Counted from the first letter of the stretch, positions 36,762-47,355 are shown. The stretch: 64,000 bases of DNA from a candidate division WWE3 bacterium RAAC2_WWE3_1 (GCA_000503835.1 CP006914.1:593680-657679), one strand, 5' to 3'. Numbers and translations: made by a program. The notes: generated from the letters alone by a model not told the origin.

Positions 36762-38519
36762 ATGAAATTTAAAGAGTTTGCAACGTACCTGGAACGTCTG
36801 GAAACCACTCCCAAAAGATTAGAGATAACCGATATCATTGGTGAACTTATCAGGAAGCTCGGGCACGAAGAAACTCCGCAGGCCGTTTACTTATCTCTGG
36901 GGTATTTAAAGGCTCCTTTTGAAAACAGGGTGTTCAATATGGCCGACAGGCAAGTGGTAAAAATCCTGCAGGCTCTCACGGGCGAGAACGTGCCGGTTCT
37001 TTACGCAGAACTCGGGGATCTGGGGTCGGTCGCAAAAACTGTCCTTTCTAAAAATATTGATAACAAATACAGTGTTATCGAAGTTTATGACAAGTTAATG
37101 GAAATAGCCTGTGTCGAAGGTTCCGGATCCGTTGAATTGAAAATGAAAAAAACCATGACTCTGCTCAATTCCGTAGACTCCCTTTCGGCAAAATTTATAA
37201 CAAGAATCATTTTAGGGACAGTTCGGCTTGGTTTCACGGAACTCACTGTAGTCAGCGCACTGGCGTTGATATCGGGCGATAAAAAGCTGGCGGAAAAGAT
37301 AGAGCGCGTCTACAACGAGCATCCCGATATCGGACTGATTGCACAAAGAATAAAGGAAGACGGAATTAAAGGTCTCAACAAAATTGATATTGAACCCGGA
37401 GTTCCCGTTCTCTCGCAAAAATGTCAGCGAGTAAGCGGAATGGAAGAAGCGTTCAAAAGAATTCCCAATGTCTGGGCTGAATTCAAATTCGACGGAACGC
37501 GTGTACAGCTTCATATGGACAGAAATAAAAAGGCTGGGGACGGTGCCGGCACGCCCGACCTGTTCGGCGAATCGGCTAATAAATTTCTCATGAAAACTTA
37601 TACGAGAAATCTTGAGGAAACAACCCACCAGTACCCTGATTTGCTTGAGGCTGCAAACAAACAAATTAAAGCGGATTCCGTAATACTCGACGGGGAGGCA
37701 ATAGGGTTCAATAAAGAAACCGGTGCCTTTCTTCCATTTCAGGAAACAATACAAAGAAAAAGAAAGCATGGGGTAACCGAAGCCGCAAAAAACATTCCGT
37801 TAAAATACTTTGTGTTCGACATACTTTACCTGAACGGCAAATCTACAACAGAATTACCTTTACGGGAGCGGAAGAAAATCCTGAAAAAAATTGTGGCCGC
37901 AGGCGACACCGTAGTGGTAGATGAAGATATGGAAACTGAAAGTTTTGAAAAACTGGTAGAGTATTTTGAAATCGCTAAAGAAAAGGGGTTGGAGGGACTA
38001 ATTGTAAAAAACCCGGATGATAATTACCAGGCGGGGGCGCGAAGTTACTCATGGATAAAACTTAAAAAGGCCGACGAAAAGCTGCTGGCAGACTCGGTGG
38101 ACTGCGTGTTGCTGGGCTACTATCACGGCAAAGGCGTGCGTTCGAAGTTCGGGATAGGAGGCTTTCTGGTAGGCGTAATGGACAAGGATAACGAAGTATT
38201 TAAGACAGTAACAAAGGTAGGTACCGGACTGACGGACGAAGAATGGGTAAAGATAAAAAAACTTGCCGACAAATTTAAAATAAAATCCGTTCCTAAAAAT
38301 GTGCTAATCGAAAAATCTCTCATGCCCGACGTGCTTATAGAACCCCGCATAGTTTTGGAGATCGGCGCCGATGAAATAAGTGTTTCCCAAAACCACACAT
38401 CGGGATATGCACTAAGGTTTCCGAGATTAATAAAATTCAGGGAAGATAAAAATCCTACCGAAGCCACTAATCTCAAGGAGATAGAACTGCTGTTTAAAAA
38501 ACAGAGAGGAAGGGTATAA
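36762..38519 (+). CDS. lig: ATP-dependent DNA ligase (archaeal/eukaryotic type).
   Basis: Motif I KxDGxR reads EFKFDGTRVQLH. Adenylation and OB-fold motifs are present downstream. 585 aa. Confidence 0.85.
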   Translation: MKFKEFATYLERLETTPKRLEITDIIGELIRKLGHEETPQAVYLSLGYLKAPFENRVFNMADRQVVKILQALTGENVPVLYAELGDLGSVAKTVLSKNIDNKYSVIEVYDKLMEIACVEGSGSVELKMKKTMTLLNSVDSLSAKFITRIILGTVRLGFTELTVVSALALISGDKKLAEKIERVYNEHPDIGLIAQRIKEDGIKGLNKIDIEPGVPVLSQKCQRVSGMEEAFKRIPNVWAEFKFDGTRVQLHMDRNKKAGDGAGTPDLFGESANKFLMKTYTRNLEETTHQYPDLLEAANKQIKADSVILDGEAIGFNKETGAFLPFQETIQRKRKHGVTEAAKNIPLKYFVFDILYLNGKSTTELPLRERKKILKKIVAAGDTVVVDEDMETESFEKLVEYFEIAKEKGLEGLIVKNPDDNYQAGARSYSWIKLKKADEKLLADSVDCVLLGYYHGKGVRSKFGIGGFLVGVMDKDNEVFKTVTKVGTGLTDEEWVKIKKLADKFKIKSVPKNVLIEKSLMPDVLIEPRIVLEIGADEISVSQNHTSGYALRFPRLIKFREDKNPTEATNLKEIELLFKKQRGRV

Positions 38520-38873
38520 ATGGAACCCGAAAATACAAATGAAAAGAAAGGTATACAGCTTGACCCAAAGATAGCCGCGGCGCTTTCGTATCTTCTCCCT
38601 CCGCTGTCGGGAATCTTCTTTATCATAAAAGGTAAAGAAAATGATTTTGTAAGATTTCACTCATATCAGTCCGTACTTTTCGGACTTTTCTCTTACGCAC
38701 TATATTGGATTGCTACTATATCTCTTCCTTCATTACTCGGATTTCCTGTTTATAAGTTCGTTTCGGCCGCTGCGATACTGATGTGGATGTTTTTAATGCT
38801 CAAAGCGTTTGCGGGGGATGAGTTTGAACTTCCTTATATAGGCAAAATAGCAAAAGAACAGTCAAAGAAATAG
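38520..38873 (+). CDS. Small integral membrane protein (DUF4870/Tic20-like topology).
   Basis: 117 aa with 3 to 4 predicted TM helices and a conserved-looking LSYLLPPLSGIFFIIKGK. Confidence 0.5.
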   Translation: MEPENTNEKKGIQLDPKIAAALSYLLPPLSGIFFIIKGKENDFVRFHSYQSVLFGLFSYALYWIATISLPSLLGFPVYKFVSAAAILMWMFLMLKAFAGDEFELPYIGKIAKEQSKK

Positions 38874-38895
38874 CGATAGACTGCCCGAACAACAT

Positions 38896-39174
38896 ATGGA
38901 AAAAATAGGAAAAGTATTACAGAAAAGAAATATCGTCGGGGACGTCAGGAATAAACACGAGTTCCAGGCATTCGGCAACAGGCTTGCCGACGAGCTCAAC
39001 GACCGCAAACACCGCTCTTTGTACATAAAACTGGCCAAAACCGAAGACCGTGCGTTACTGGAAGTCGCCCGAGAATTTGTTATGGGATCGGAAAAAGCAA
39101 CCACAAAAGGCCGGTTGTTTATGTGGAAACTAAGTGAACTCAAAAAACAAAGGTTGAACAAAAAATCCGAATAA
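38896..39174 (+). CDS. Hypothetical small basic protein of 92 aa.
   Basis: ORF only. No motif recognised. Confidence 0.4.
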   Translation: MEKIGKVLQKRNIVGDVRNKHEFQAFGNRLADELNDRKHRSLYIKLAKTEDRALLEVAREFVMGSEKATTKGRLFMWKLSELKKQRLNKKSE

Positions 39175-39190
39175 ACTAGTATTTAAGTAC

Positions 39191-39736
39191 ATGGACAAAA
39201 AAAGCGTTCTTTCTCTCCGAACACAATTCATAATCTCCGCCGTAGTCGCTATAGTCTTTCTTGCGACAGTAGTTGAGAGATCCACAATAAGTGCCGTATT
39301 CACCGTACTTGCCTCTCTTCTGGGTACTTTAGTGCTCGATCTCGAATACCCTCTCTATGCATATTTCTTCGAGCCTGAAAGGGGTTTTTCCAAAAATTTC
39401 AGAAACTACGTCAAAGATAAAGATTATAAGGGTGCTTTAAAATACGTTTTTTATAACAAAGGTGATGTCGTAGACAAATCTTTGAACAGCGCGTTGTTCC
39501 AAATAATATTTGCCGTACTTACAGTACTTGTAGCATATACATCAACTTCAAGAATAGTGACAGCACTCGTCTTCTCAATATTTGCGAACTCTATTTTTAA
39601 AATGTGGGAACACTACTTTAGCGGACAAACTGATGAATGGTTCTGGGCCTTAAAAAACAAACCGGATAAGAAAGGGGTTATTCTTTACTCTGCGGCGATG
39701 ATTGCAGTCCTCGTGGTAAGTTTTCTAATTGTCTAA
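39191..39736 (+). CDS. Hypothetical membrane protein with four TM helices.
   Basis: 181-aa hydrophobic ORF directly abutting lgt. Confidence 0.5.
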   Translation: MDKKSVLSLRTQFIISAVVAIVFLATVVERSTISAVFTVLASLLGTLVLDLEYPLYAYFFEPERGFSKNFRNYVKDKDYKGALKYVFYNKGDVVDKSLNSALFQIIFAVLTVLVAYTSTSRIVTALVFSIFANSIFKMWEHYFSGQTDEWFWALKNKPDKKGVILYSAAMIAVLVVSFLIV

Positions 39737-40405
39737 GTGGTATCTCTATACGGAATTTTAATATCCATATCTATCCTTGCCTGTCTGTTGACCGCAGAAA
39801 AGATTTTCCCTGATAAGAAAAAGGCGGTTTGGGACATGGGATTTTACGCGGTATTATCCGGGATTGTCGGCGCCCGTCTATATCATGTAATAGACTACCG
39901 GCAATATTATGCTCAGGATCCCGGAAAGATTTTTATGTTATGGAACGGGGGGCTGGGAATCTGGGGTGCTGTCATCGGAGGAGCGCTGGGAGTATTTATC
40001 TACGCGTTAAAACATAAAAAATCTTTTATTGAGCTTGCCGAGGTCGCGGCAACGGTACTTCCCCTCGGACAGGCAATCGGGAGATGGGGAAATTACTTCA
40101 ATTCGGAACTGGCCGGAAAGGAAACTACGCTACCTTGGGCAATACAGGGTAAACACCCGATTTTTTTCTACGAATCATTTTTAAATTTTCTGCTTTTTTT
40201 CTTTTTAGTCAGGGCGGCCAAAAAAGAGCGTGTTCCGGGTGTATTAATTTCCATATATCTTTTCGGGTACGGCATCATAAGATTCTTTCTCGAATTTTTG
40301 CGGGTAGCACCGTGGAAGGTTGGCGCCTTGAATGTGGCCCAAATGGTATCTATACTTTCAATAGTGATGTCTCTATTTATTTATATAAAAGGACGCCGCG
40401 CATGA
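39737..40405 (+). CDS. lgt: Prolipoprotein diacylglyceryl transferase.
   Basis: The Lgt signature GRWGNYFNSE matches G-R-x-G-N-F-x-N-x-E, and the protein has a multi-TM topology. It is short, at 222 aa. Confidence 0.75.
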   Translation: MVSLYGILISISILACLLTAEKIFPDKKKAVWDMGFYAVLSGIVGARLYHVIDYRQYYAQDPGKIFMLWNGGLGIWGAVIGGALGVFIYALKHKKSFIELAEVAATVLPLGQAIGRWGNYFNSELAGKETTLPWAIQGKHPIFFYESFLNFLLFFFLVRAAKKERVPGVLISIYLFGYGIIRFFLEFLRVAPWKVGALNVAQMVSILSIVMSLFIYIKGRRA

Positions 40406-40830
40406 TATTTTTAGCATCCGACCACGGTGGTCTGGACATTAAAAAAGAGTTAGCCAGATTCCTGGAGGAAACAGGAATCCCGCATGAGGACCTGGGACCG
40501 TTCACTTTTGACCCGGACGACGACTACCCGGACTTCGCCGACAAACTCGTGAAAAAAATGTTGGAAACACCCGACTCCAAGGGAGTGCTGATTTGTAGAA
40601 ACGGAGTTGGAGTTACTATTGCCGCCAACAGAAATAAAGGGATTAGAGCCGGGCTTTCGTGGAACGAAACTCACGCTGCTTCTACAAGACGGGACGACGA
40701 CACAAATATACTCACGTTACCGGCAGACTACATAAAAATCCATGAAGCCCTGACGATATTCAAAACCTGGATGAATACCCCTTTTAGTAACGCGGAGAGA
40801 CATAAAAGAAGACTAGCCAAAATACTATGA
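40402..40830 (+). CDS. rpiB: Ribose-5-phosphate isomerase B (RpiB/LacAB family).
   Basis: MIFLASDHGG...ICRNGVGVTIAANR. The start overlaps the lgt stop (ATGA). The track ORF is extended upstream to 40312. Confidence 0.85.
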   Translation: MIFLASDHGGLDIKKELARFLEETGIPHEDLGPFTFDPDDDYPDFADKLVKKMLETPDSKGVLICRNGVGVTIAANRNKGIRAGLSWNETHAASTRRDDDTNILTLPADYIKIHEALTIFKTWMNTPFSNAERHKRRLAKIL

Positions 40831-41453
40831 TTATTCCTGCCATTCTCGAAAAGAAACCTGAGGAAATCAGACGGAAGATAAGTCTGGTTGACGGTCAGTG
40901 TGAATACATACAAATCGATATAGCAGACGGAAAATTTGTGTCCGAAAGTTCCTACGCCAACATCGAAGACATTGCTTCTCTCGAACCCATTTCAAAACTT
41001 GAGATACATCTCATGACTGATCACCCCGAAATTTATGTTGAAGAAAGATATCAAAGTATATTCAAAATATCTGCTCACATAGAGGCAAAGGGCATAGAAG
41101 ATTTTGTCAGAAAAGCCGTAGAAAAAAGATACACTGTGGGTGTAAGTGTTAAACCGGAAACTCCTCTGGAAAATATAGACCACTTGCCCGGTGGAATTAG
41201 TTTCGTTCAATTTCTAACCGTGCGCCCGGGAAAACAGGGAAACGAAATAATACGCGATGTGTTTCCGAAAATTACAAGTTTTAAAGAAAACCACCCCGGT
41301 ATTAAAGTGCAGGCCGACGGCGGTATAAATGAACAGAATTTAAGCGAGGTCTTGAAATTAGGTGTAGATGATGTTGTAATTGGTTCCCGGATATTTGACT
41401 CGGAAAATCCTGCCGGGATGCTGGCAAAATTAAAGGAGCTAATATTACAATGA
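40827..41453 (+). CDS. rpe: Ribulose-phosphate 3-epimerase family protein.
   Basis: TIM-barrel motifs are present (IDIADGKFV, HLMTDHP, VQADGGIN). 208 aa. Confidence 0.75.
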   Translation: MIIPAILEKKPEEIRRKISLVDGQCEYIQIDIADGKFVSESSYANIEDIASLEPISKLEIHLMTDHPEIYVEERYQSIFKISAHIEAKGIEDFVRKAVEKRYTVGVSVKPETPLENIDHLPGGISFVQFLTVRPGKQGNEIIRDVFPKITSFKENHPGIKVQADGGINEQNLSEVLKLGVDDVVIGSRIFDSENPAGMLAKLKELILQ

Positions 41454-42046
41454 CGAATATAACAACAATTTCTTCAGCAGACAGTGAAAATAAATTATAT
41501 AAACGCATCGCCTTTTTGGGCGGAGCCGCATGGAAAGAAGACGAAGAACCTTACATCCGGGCGTTCGATACTGCCAAACTTCTCGCTGAGAACGACTATG
41601 AAATATTCAACGGGGGCGGTCCGGGGGTCATGAAGGCCGCAACAAAAGGAGCTCATGCCGGAAACGGAAAAGCATTTTCCATAACATACCACCCCAATAA
41701 ACCAAAAAGACACTACGAGGGGACTGACCCTACCAATGACGTTGATATGGAAATTGTGACACTCGATTACTTCGACAGAACAAAAGTTCTTTTACAGAAT
41801 ACCGACGTCCACATAGTTTTTAAAGGAAGCATAGGAACACTAAGTGAATTCGGAATGACCTGGGTAAGTTCCTGGATACACGAGCCCAACAGCAAGCCGA
41901 TTGTAATGTTCGGCGATTTCTGGAACGAAATTTTGGACACTATCGAAAAAAATCTTTTTATTAAACCGGCCGAAAGAAAAATGTTAACCATATGCAACAC
42001 TCCGCAGGAAGTTTTGGACTATCTTGAGTCACTAAATCGAAATTAA
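41450..42046 (+). CDS. LOG-family (TIGR00730) nucleotide phosphoribohydrolase.
   Basis: GGGPGVMKA and GSIGTLSEF match the PGGxGTxxE motif. 198 aa. Confidence 0.8.
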   Translation: MTNITTISSADSENKLYKRIAFLGGAAWKEDEEPYIRAFDTAKLLAENDYEIFNGGGPGVMKAATKGAHAGNGKAFSITYHPNKPKRHYEGTDPTNDVDMEIVTLDYFDRTKVLLQNTDVHIVFKGSIGTLSEFGMTWVSSWIHEPNSKPIVMFGDFWNEILDTIEKNLFIKPAERKMLTICNTPQEVLDYLESLNRN

Positions 42047-42097
42047 TCTATGCAGGTGCCTTGTTAACACTTCCCACAAACCTTATACTACAAATTA

Positions 42098-42961
42098 ATG
42101 CCCCGAGCCTCTGTTAATAACGATGTTGAGAAAATATCACTCATTGCCAACAACCTGAGAGAAGAAGTAGTGAAAATGCTTTTGGAAGCCGGGAGCGGAC
42201 ACCCCGCAGGTGCTCTCGGGATGGCAGACATCTTTGCCGCACTTTATTTCAAGATTCTCAACGTAGACCCCAAAAATCCAACCGACCCGGACAGAGACAG
42301 GTTCGTATTGTCCAACGGACATATCTGTCCCATTTTTTACGCGACCCTCGCAGAAAAAGGATTTTTTCCAAAAAAAGAGCTAAAACAACTCAGAAAACTT
42401 AATTCTAATTTGCAGGGACACCCAAAGTTCGGCGTCCTTCCAGGTATAGAAAACTCCGGCGGCTCTCTTGGCCAGGGCCTTTCTCAGGCCGCAGGAATGG
42501 CACTGGCGGCAAAAATACAACACCGTCCATTCCGTGTATACTGTGTTACCGGAGACGGGGAAATGCAGGAAGGACAGATTTGGGAAGCAGCGATGTTTGC
42601 CCCGAACAAGAAGCTGGACAACCTTACCTGGATAATCGATAGAAATAATATACAAATCAGCGGACGCACCGAGGACGTAATGCCTCTGGAAAATTTACGC
42701 AACAAACTTGAAAGTTTTAACTGGTACGTGATAGAAATTGACGGACATAACATCGAAGAAATTATCGGCGCATGCAATATGGCACGTTCGGTAAGTCAGC
42801 GTCCGACTGCTATAATTGCACATACCATACCCGGTAAGGGTGTAGAATTTATGGAGTATAAATTTGAATGGCACGGAAAGGTTCCATCCAAAGAACAGGC
42901 TTTAAAAGCACTAAAAAGTCTGGCCTCGTTGGAAGGCAAAATAAAATCGGATTATGACTAA
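42098..42961 (+). CDS. tktA: Transketolase, N-terminal (TPP-binding) subunit.
   Basis: GHPAGALGMADIFAALYF and GDGEMQEGQIWEAAMFA. 287 aa, the split form. Confidence 0.9.
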   Translation: MPRASVNNDVEKISLIANNLREEVVKMLLEAGSGHPAGALGMADIFAALYFKILNVDPKNPTDPDRDRFVLSNGHICPIFYATLAEKGFFPKKELKQLRKLNSNLQGHPKFGVLPGIENSGGSLGQGLSQAAGMALAAKIQHRPFRVYCVTGDGEMQEGQIWEAAMFAPNKKLDNLTWIIDRNNIQISGRTEDVMPLENLRNKLESFNWYVIEIDGHNIEEIIGACNMARSVSQRPTAIIAHTIPGKGVEFMEYKFEWHGKVPSKEQALKALKSLASLEGKIKSDYD

Positions 42962-43547
42962 TAAAACAAAAACAACTTTAAACATGAGCCTGCTTCCTTT
43001 GGTAGTTATCGTAGTATTAATGATAGGAGCAGGTTATTTTTTACTACAGGGAGAAATAAAACTCCCGGGCTTTAATAAAGGCACGGAGATTAGGCGGTTG
43101 GACGGATTTCCTACGGTTATAACAACTGACGTGGCTCTTGAAAAACAACGAAGAATAATCAAATCCCCCGAAGAGCTGGCTGAGTTCCTGAATTACATTG
43201 ATCCCACGGGGTTAACGGAAGTCAGAGACTCGGTAAATTACGACCGCGAATTTCTATTGGCCGTATCTTCTGATCTTCAGGACGAGACCGGACATAAAAT
43301 GAGAATTAAAAAGGTCTACGAAGATAAGAATGCTAAACACCTACTGGTTCTTATAGAAGAAACAGATAAAGGCGATAACTGCGAGGTCGAGGTGGAAGGA
43401 AATATAACAGCCGACGTCGTAGCCATTTCCAAAACCGACTACGAAATAAGCTTTGACCGTGTCAAAAAAGTTGAGAACTGCGAAAAAGAAGAGGTAACGG
43501 AAGAAGAAACACAGCCTACCGAAGGACAGCCCGGTCCTCAACAATAA
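42954..43547 (+). CDS. Hypothetical membrane-anchored protein lying between the two transketolase halves.
   Basis: 197 aa with one N-terminal TM helix (LLPLVVIVVLMIGAGYFLL) and an acidic C-terminal tail. It overlaps the tktA stop by 8 nt. Confidence 0.5.
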   Translation: MTNKTKTTLNMSLLPLVVIVVLMIGAGYFLLQGEIKLPGFNKGTEIRRLDGFPTVITTDVALEKQRRIIKSPEELAEFLNYIDPTGLTEVRDSVNYDREFLLAVSSDLQDETGHKMRIKKVYEDKNAKHLLVLIEETDKGDNCEVEVEGNITADVVAISKTDYEISFDRVKKVENCEKEEVTEEETQPTEGQPGPQQ

Positions 43548-43567
43548 GTAGTAACGCACACTGCCCG

Positions 43568-44554
43568 ATGCTTAATAAAACACTAAATCTAAACGAAGAG
43601 GTATTTCTGCAGGACTCGGAGTTAAAGTCCGGACGGGACGGCTTCGGCGAGGCAATTCTCAAACTGGGCGAAGAACATGAGGATGTAGTTGTTCTCACAG
43701 CAGATCTTGAAGAATCTTTACGCCTGACACCTTTTAAGAAAAAGTTCCCCGACAGATTTATTGAGACTGGAATCGCCGAACAGAACATGGCAAGTATGGG
43801 AGCGGGAATGGCTTTGTCGGGACTTGTGCCCTTTATGACTTCCCACGCAGTTTTTTCACCTTACAGAAACTGGGACCAGATCAGACTTTCGATTTGCTTC
43901 AGCAATGCAAATGTAAAAATTGTGGGCTCCCACGCAGGTTTTTCAAACAGCCCTGACGGAGGAGCCGCAGAGTCTCTCGAAGATATTGCACTTACAAGAG
44001 TACTACCTAACTTAACAGTGATAAGTCCCATAGATTACGAACAAACAAAAAGGGCTGTCGAAGAAATGTATAAAATACACGGTCCCGTCTACTTAAGAAT
44101 CTGCAAAGAACCTACTCCCCAAATAACAACCGAAATAACACCTTTTGAGACTGGGAGAGCCTACACTTTGATCGAAGGTACTGACCTAACGATATTCACC
44201 ACAGGCACGATTGCTTACGAAGCACTGGAGGCCGCTAAAGTACTAAAGGCCGGACATAAAATAAATATTGAAGTGGTGGCTGTCCCCACTATAAAGCCTC
44301 TGGATAAAGAAAACATTATAGGTTCCGCTAAAAAGACGGGAAGATGCGTAAGTCTGGAAGAACACCAAATTAACGGGGGGTTCGGTTCCGCAATCTCCGA
44401 ACTTCTCGCGGAGGAATTTCCGGTGTTCAACCTGAGAATTGGCGTCAGTGACACATTCGGAGAGTCCGGAACTTACAGGGAGTTAAAGGACAAATATGGT
44501 ATTAGCTCTCACCACGTTGTAGAGGCTATACTTAATATGTTCAAAGAAAAATAA
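43568..44554 (+). CDS. tktB: Transketolase, C-terminal (pyrimidine-binding) subunit.
   Basis: 328 aa. The pyrimidine-binding and C-terminal domains are consistent with split transketolase. Confidence 0.9.
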   Translation: MLNKTLNLNEEVFLQDSELKSGRDGFGEAILKLGEEHEDVVVLTADLEESLRLTPFKKKFPDRFIETGIAEQNMASMGAGMALSGLVPFMTSHAVFSPYRNWDQIRLSICFSNANVKIVGSHAGFSNSPDGGAAESLEDIALTRVLPNLTVISPIDYEQTKRAVEEMYKIHGPVYLRICKEPTPQITTEITPFETGRAYTLIEGTDLTIFTTGTIAYEALEAAKVLKAGHKINIEVVAVPTIKPLDKENIIGSAKKTGRCVSLEEHQINGGFGSAISELLAEEFPVFNLRIGVSDTFGESGTYRELKDKYGISSHHVVEAILNMFKEK

Positions 44555-44555
44555 T

Positions 44556-45503
44556 ATGGACCTGCTCACTATAGGCGATGTAGCCATAGATCTATATATG
44601 AAAATCGGTGCCAAGGACGGACTTCCGTTGGTGGAAGGGGGTGCCGGACCCAAGATTTGCTTTTACCACGGCTCTAAAATACCTGTCGAGCACTTCGAGA
44701 CCGCAGTTGCTGGAAATTCACTGAATGTGGCGGTCGGAGGCAAGAAACTTGGCCTGGAAACAGTAATTTACACTGAAATCGGCGATGACGAAAACGGAGA
44801 AAGGGTTGTAACCGAGCTAAATTCTCACGGTGTAGATACGGATTTCTGTATCGAGACGCCGGGCCACGATACTAACGTGAACAGCGTTATTATTTACGGC
44901 AACGACAGAACAATATTTAGCTACCACGCGGAGAGAAACTACAAAATACTGGATTGGCAAAAACCCAAGTGGATCTACTACACATCAATGGGTAAGGGTT
45001 TTGAAGACTTCCAGTACAAACTTATTGAGTATGTAAAGCAAAACCCGGGCGTGGGTATAGCGTTCAACCCCGGTACAATTCAGATGAAGCACGGTCTAAA
45101 AACTTTTGAAAACGTTTTAAAGATTACCGATATATTCTTTCTGAACCGCGAAGAAGCTATAGCTCTCGTAGGCAAAGGTGAAACCGAGGAACTTCATCAA
45201 AAACTCCACAAGCTCGGTCCTAAAATGACGGTCATTACCGATTCGAACAGCGGGGCTTCGTGCAGTGACGAAAGCAAAGTAACTTTTCAAAAAAGCTACT
45301 CCGATGAGAGACCGATTGCAGATAAAACGGGGGCGGGAGATGCTTTCGCCTCAGGCTTTTTGTCGGCAATATTCTACGGAAAACCCACGGAAACAGCGCT
45401 GAAGTGGGGCGTAGCCAATGCCGGAAGTATCATAAAAGAGATAGGAACAACTAAAGGTCTTCTTACTAAAAAAGAAATTGAAGGTATTATTAAACAGATA
45501 TGA
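44556..45503 (+). CDS. PfkB-family carbohydrate kinase (ribokinase-like).
   Basis: The C-terminal TGAGDAFASGFLSA is the PfkB signature (GAGD). 315 aa. Confidence 0.8.
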   Translation: MDLLTIGDVAIDLYMKIGAKDGLPLVEGGAGPKICFYHGSKIPVEHFETAVAGNSLNVAVGGKKLGLETVIYTEIGDDENGERVVTELNSHGVDTDFCIETPGHDTNVNSVIIYGNDRTIFSYHAERNYKILDWQKPKWIYYTSMGKGFEDFQYKLIEYVKQNPGVGIAFNPGTIQMKHGLKTFENVLKITDIFFLNREEAIALVGKGETEELHQKLHKLGPKMTVITDSNSGASCSDESKVTFQKSYSDERPIADKTGAGDAFASGFLSAIFYGKPTETALKWGVANAGSIIKEIGTTKGLLTKKEIEGIIKQI

Positions 45504-46363
45504 AAGCACAGGAGTTACTAAAAAAAGCACGGGAAAAAGGCGTGGCCATTGGTGCATTCAATGTGGGCAACCTTGAAACTTTTAAGGCGATCACACAGGC
45601 CGCAAAAAACCTGCACAGTCCCGTTCTGATAGAAGCTTCGCCCGGTGAGGCGGGTTTTATGGGATTTAAGCAACTGGTGTACCTCGCGCGTGCATACGAG
45701 GATCAAATACAGCTACCGATAATCTTAAACCTTGACCACGGAGAATCCGTAGAGAGCATCCTGGAGGCAATAAAGGCCGGATTTGATTATGTCCACTATG
45801 ACGGAAGTAAATTCTCTTACGAAGAAAATCTTGAAAATGCATCTATTGTTGTTGAAGAAGCACACAAAAAGGAAATAATGGTCGAGGGAGAAATAGATCA
45901 CATAGAAGGAAGTTCAGCGGACCACACAAAAGAGAATACAAAAATGTATTCCAAACCCGAGCTTTTTACCAATCCCCAAAAGGCAAAAGAATTCGTTGAA
46001 AAAACGGGCGTAGATGTCTTTGCCAGCTTCATCGGTAATCTCCACGGAATATACGCAGATGTCATTCACCTTAACCTCGACAAATTAAAGGAGATTTGCA
46101 CCGCCCTTCCCCACACGTACCTTTCCCTCCACGGAGGATCCGGAGTTTATGATGACGATGTAAAACACGCGATAAAGATGGGGATTGTAAAGGTAAACGT
46201 GAATTCCGAGCTAAGGGTAGCTTTCAAAATGACTCTGCAGGAGGAAATCGGCAAAACAACTGAAATTGCCCCTTACAAATACATGAAACGTCCAATCGAA
46301 GAAGTTCAAAAGGTTGTTGAAACTAAAATGAAGCTCTTCGGTTCTCCCGAGCTTTTAAAATGA
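45500..46363 (+). CDS. fba: Class II fructose-bisphosphate (or tagatose-bisphosphate) aldolase.
   Basis: VAIGAFNV, LDHG and LHGGSG metal-binding motifs are present. 287 aa. Confidence 0.9.
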   Translation: MKAQELLKKAREKGVAIGAFNVGNLETFKAITQAAKNLHSPVLIEASPGEAGFMGFKQLVYLARAYEDQIQLPIILNLDHGESVESILEAIKAGFDYVHYDGSKFSYEENLENASIVVEEAHKKEIMVEGEIDHIEGSSADHTKENTKMYSKPELFTNPQKAKEFVEKTGVDVFASFIGNLHGIYADVIHLNLDKLKEICTALPHTYLSLHGGSGVYDDDVKHAIKMGIVKVNVNSELRVAFKMTLQEEIGKTTEIAPYKYMKRPIEEVQKVVETKMKLFGSPELLK

Positions 46364-47355
46364 AATTACTAATCACGCGTGAAATTCCCCGGGCGGGTAT
46401 CAATATATTAAAGCAGTATAAAGACATTGAGATTGATTACAGACAGGGACCCCCGTTGTCTGAAAAAGAATTGCTGACAGCCGTAAAAGATGCGGATGCA
46501 ATAATTCCCGTAATCCCCGACAAAATAAATAAGAAGATCATCAATGCAGCGAAAAAATTAAGGGTAATCGCCGCATACTCTGTAGGATACGACCATATAG
46601 ATGTTGAGCACGCAACTTCGAAAAATATTTTCGTCGGGAACACGCCGGGGGACCTTACTGAGTCAGTAGCTGAACACGCACTCGCTCTCATGCTGTCGGC
46701 GGGTAGACGAATTCCCGAAGCCGACCGATTTTGCAGGGCGGGTAATAATAAATACTGGAATCCGATGAATTTTGTCGGTCCAAAAATAATGGGGGACACC
46801 CTCGGAATTATCGGTTTCGGAAGAATCGGTCAGCACCTTGCACGCATGGCTAAAAACGGCCTGAGCATGAGGATATTGTACACAGATGTAAATAGGCACC
46901 CCGAAGCCGAAAGCCTGTTAGACGCAGAAAAAGTCGAGCTTGACTACCTGCTCGAAAATAGTGATTTCATATCCATTCACTGCAACCTCACACCTGAAAC
47001 CGAAAACCTGATAGGAGAAAACGAATTCAGAAAAATGAAACCTCTTGCGTACATAGTAAATACCGCGCGGGGAAAGATTATAAACGAAGAAGCACTGGCC
47101 AGAGCATTAAAACAGAATTATATCGCCGGAGCTGCTCTTGATGTATTCGCCGACGAGCCTGAGATACATCCCGACTTAAAATTATTGGACAACATAGTTC
47201 TCACGCCACACATAGGAAGTGCAACGTGGGAAGCCAGGTTACAAATGGCACGCATGGCTGCGGAAAATGTTGTAGATGTGCTGATAAGTAACAAGCCCCC
47301 AAGATATCTCGTGAACAAGGAACTCATGAAAGAAACGGTCGCATCTCTTATTTGA
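46360..47355 (+). CDS. D-isomer-specific 2-hydroxyacid dehydrogenase (glyoxylate/hydroxypyruvate reductase-like).
   Basis: NAD-binding GIIGFGRIGQHLARMA. The catalytic R/E/H triad region (TPHIGSAT) is present. Confidence 0.85.
   Translation: MKLLITREIPRAGINILKQYKDIEIDYRQGPPLSEKELLTAVKDADAIIPVIPDKINKKIINAAKKLRVIAAYSVGYDHIDVEHATSKNIFVGNTPGDLTESVAEHALALMLSAGRRIPEADRFCRAGNNKYWNPMNFVGPKIMGDTLGIIGFGRIGQHLARMAKNGLSMRILYTDVNRHPEAESLLDAEKVELDYLLENSDFISIHCNLTPETENLIGENEFRKMKPLAYIVNTARGKIINEEALARALKQNYIAGAALDVFADEPEIHPDLKLLDNIVLTPHIGSATWEARLQMARMAAENVVDVLISNKPPRYLVNKELMKETVASLI

Noticed and set aside
37212-37769. 185-aa minus-strand ORF inside the DNA ligase gene.
   Set aside because: It is antisense to a gene with clear ligase motifs and has no independent support.
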